The notes beneath the pieces were generated by a model. That model was not told where the DNA came from, searched no databases, and saw only the letters and a program-made list of their open reading frames with translations. A program made the translations under genes and the position numbers. DNA of 64,000 nt. It comes from Nitrospirota bacterium. Its GTDB lineage: Bacteria > Nitrospirota > JACRHJ01. The stretch lies in NCBI GenBank assembly GCA_963845245.1, contig CAWJRJ010000018.1:96001-160000 (forward strand), in the 5' to 3' direction. Below are positions 62,114 through 64,000 of this stretch, one piece after another. How positions within the stretch are numbered: position 1 is the stretch's first letter; every line of letters begins with the position of its first letter.

Positions 62114-62278
62114 AACTAGGAATATAACTATTAGATCTGTTCTGAGATATCTGTAATATTGTTGACTTATCCCCTCAAAACCCATACCCCTTGCTTTTAT
62201 ACTTGACTACCGTTGGACGCTATCATAAAATTCGTTGTCATTGTTTTATCGGGAATTATAGTCATAGGAGGAGGATTT

Positions 62279-63043
62279 ATGAAGAGATTTATTATGGGAG
62301 TCGCGGGGTTGAGCATGTTCATGTGCATAACCGCAAATGCATTCGCTGGCGGTGCAAAGGTCACAGTCATAAAGGCTATACCGACCACAATAAGTTTGCC
62401 TGGCGTCTACACCCTTGGGGCCAACCTTACTTCAGCGTCGTCTACCGCGCACGCAATAACCGTGAACGCCGACAACGTTGTCATCGACATGGCTGGATAC
62501 GGCATCAGGGGCACAGGCATCGGCGAGGCCGACGGCATATTTGTGAACGGTACGGGAGTCGAGATAAGAAACGGTTCCGTAACGGGTTTCTTAAATGGAA
62601 TCCTTGGTAATAACGGAGGGGTGCGAATTATCAATGTCAAGGTTGCTTCGATCTATAGCTATCCTATATACATCACCGGCAACGGTAACCGCGTTAAGGA
62701 TTGTACGGTGACGGGCGGCAACTACGCCGGTATAGTAGTTCAGGGCTACGGAAGCATAATCACTGGAAATACTGTATATGGAATGTTAACCACTGGTTCC
62801 GGAATCTTTAGTGGCGGCGCCAACTATATCAGCGGCAACACTATCTATTCCAACACCGGATCTGGGATAATCGCGAATCCAGGCAGTGCAGTACTGGGAA
62901 ACACCGTGCATGATAACGGCGTAAAGGGCATAAATAACGATGTAGGCTACGCACTGATAAACGACAACGCCGTATATAACAACGCCGGTGGCAACATTAT
63001 CCCCGGGGCCGGCACCGTTACCGGCATTAACCTCGCGCCTTAG
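62279..63043 (+). CDS. Secreted right-handed parallel beta-helix protein
   Basis: PTTISLPGVYTLGANL, ITVNADNVVID, repeated GNTV/NxGxGI. Confidence 0.85.
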   Translation: MKRFIMGVAGLSMFMCITANAFAGGAKVTVIKAIPTTISLPGVYTLGANLTSASSTAHAITVNADNVVIDMAGYGIRGTGIGEADGIFVNGTGVEIRNGSVTGFLNGILGNNGGVRIINVKVASIYSYPIYITGNGNRVKDCTVTGGNYAGIVVQGYGSIITGNTVYGMLTTGSGIFSGGANYISGNTIYSNTGSGIIANPGSAVLGNTVHDNGVKGINNDVGYALINDNAVYNNAGGNIIPGAGTVTGINLAP

Positions 63044-63094
63044 CCGCAAACAATATCATAAAGTATTTTTTATATTCGAATCAGGAGGCAGGAA

Positions 63095-63856
63095 ATGAAG
63101 AGATACATAATAACATTATTTGTTGTTGCAATTTTGGCCATGTCGGATCAGGCCGCTTTTGCCAAAGGGCCCATTGTCATCAAAGCGCTGCCGGTTACTA
63201 TCAGCGTGCCGGGGCAATATATACTCGGGGGCAATCTGATCTCGACGTCGTCTGGAATTGAAGCTATAACCATCACAGCTGACAATGTTGTACTGGATAT
63301 GGGCGGTTACGGAATAAAGGGACAGGACAGCGGCACTGCAGCCGGGATATATGTGGTAGGCACGGGCGTCGATATAAAGAACGGGTTCGTGACGGACTTC
63401 TATGACGGGATTGTGTCAAGCAGCGTCGGCGTGCGCGTAATAAACGTGAGGACCTATTCGAACAACCATTACGGAATATTGCTTGAGGGCAATGGTTCTT
63501 TAGTGAAGGACTGCGCTGTGGAGGACAACACCGACACCGGCATTGCTATGATAAACGGCATCGCTGTTGGCAACATAGTGCATGGATCTATTGTTGGTAT
63601 AAGTGCACCCGATGGCCGATTCACCGCCACCGGCAACGCGGTCTACGATAACAACGCCGGGATATCCTGCGGACCGGGAAGCCTAATATCAGACAACGTA
63701 GTCTACGGCAATGTAGCTACCTATGGCATAGAATCAACTGCCGGTTACTGCTTCGTAAACAACAACGCTATATACCACAACGGCGAAACCAGCGCTCTCG
63801 GTAATCTGGTGCTGCTGGGATCGGGTAACGTACCGGGCATTAACCTCGCGCCATAA
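63095..63856 (+). CDS. Secreted beta-helix protein, paralog of the previous gene
   Basis: PVTISVPGQYILGGNL, ITITADNVVLD; both end GINLAP. Confidence 0.85.
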   Translation: MKRYIITLFVVAILAMSDQAAFAKGPIVIKALPVTISVPGQYILGGNLISTSSGIEAITITADNVVLDMGGYGIKGQDSGTAAGIYVVGTGVDIKNGFVTDFYDGIVSSSVGVRVINVRTYSNNHYGILLEGNGSLVKDCAVEDNTDTGIAMINGIAVGNIVHGSIVGISAPDGRFTATGNAVYDNNAGISCGPGSLISDNVVYGNVATYGIESTAGYCFVNNNAIYHNGETSALGNLVLLGSGNVPGINLAP

Positions 63857-63868
63857 AAAGATCCCATA

Positions 63869-64000
63869 ATGGAACTTTTCCTCCAGCAAATCATAAACGG
63901 CCTGACAGTCGGCGCGGTGTACGCCCTGATAGCCCTCGGCTACACGATGGTGTACGGCATACTTGAGCTTATAAACTTCGCGCACGGCGAGATATACATG
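63869..64000 (+). CDS. livH: Branched-chain amino acid ABC permease, 3' truncated by the window edge
   Basis: Manual translation [44 protein letters not shown]. Confidence 0.9.
   Translation, partial: MELFLQQIINGLTVGAVYALIALGYTMVYGILELINFAHGEIYM

Overview
64 kb of bacterial chromosome, mostly housekeeping. Gene order (ribBA-ribH-nusB, recO-glyQ-glyS-ppdK, bzaF) suggests an anaerobe of the Nitrospirota/Desulfobacterota type; this is inference and the 16S needs classifying. Left to right: the 3' part of a large FN3-repeat surface protein; an M15 peptidase; a rhodanese-MBL fusion; a cobamide operon (cobO-cobU-cobT-cobS-cobC-cbiA) and bzaF under two cobalamin riboswitches; a minus-strand cluster of Pro/Tyr-rich and PEGA secreted proteins around an apparently inactive MshEN-PilB/GspE-REC protein; cbiX-tyrS; a complete rRNA operon (16S, tRNA-Ile, tRNA-Ala, 23S, 5S); an accessory patch after the 5S gene; gcvT-gcvPA, rib, pur, radC-recO-glyQS-ppdK, ribD-ribE, gcvPB; a 7-heme cytochrome fused to a long extracellular region; two beta-helix paralogs; the start of livH. 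Many genes, including essential ones (tyrS, glyS, purB, purL, purF, nusB), are split by single-base indels, so these are most likely sequencing or assembly errors, and I joined the fragments. Best leads: (1) an integrase-less one-gene islet flanked by ~55-bp direct repeats of the 5S rRNA 3' end plus terminator; (2) the pseudo-ATPase/pseudo-receiver with its Pro/Tyr/PEGA neighbours; (3) three small secreted paralogs sharing an unrecognised 4-Cys domain; (4) a rib/gcv arrangement that looks like a circularly permuted block.
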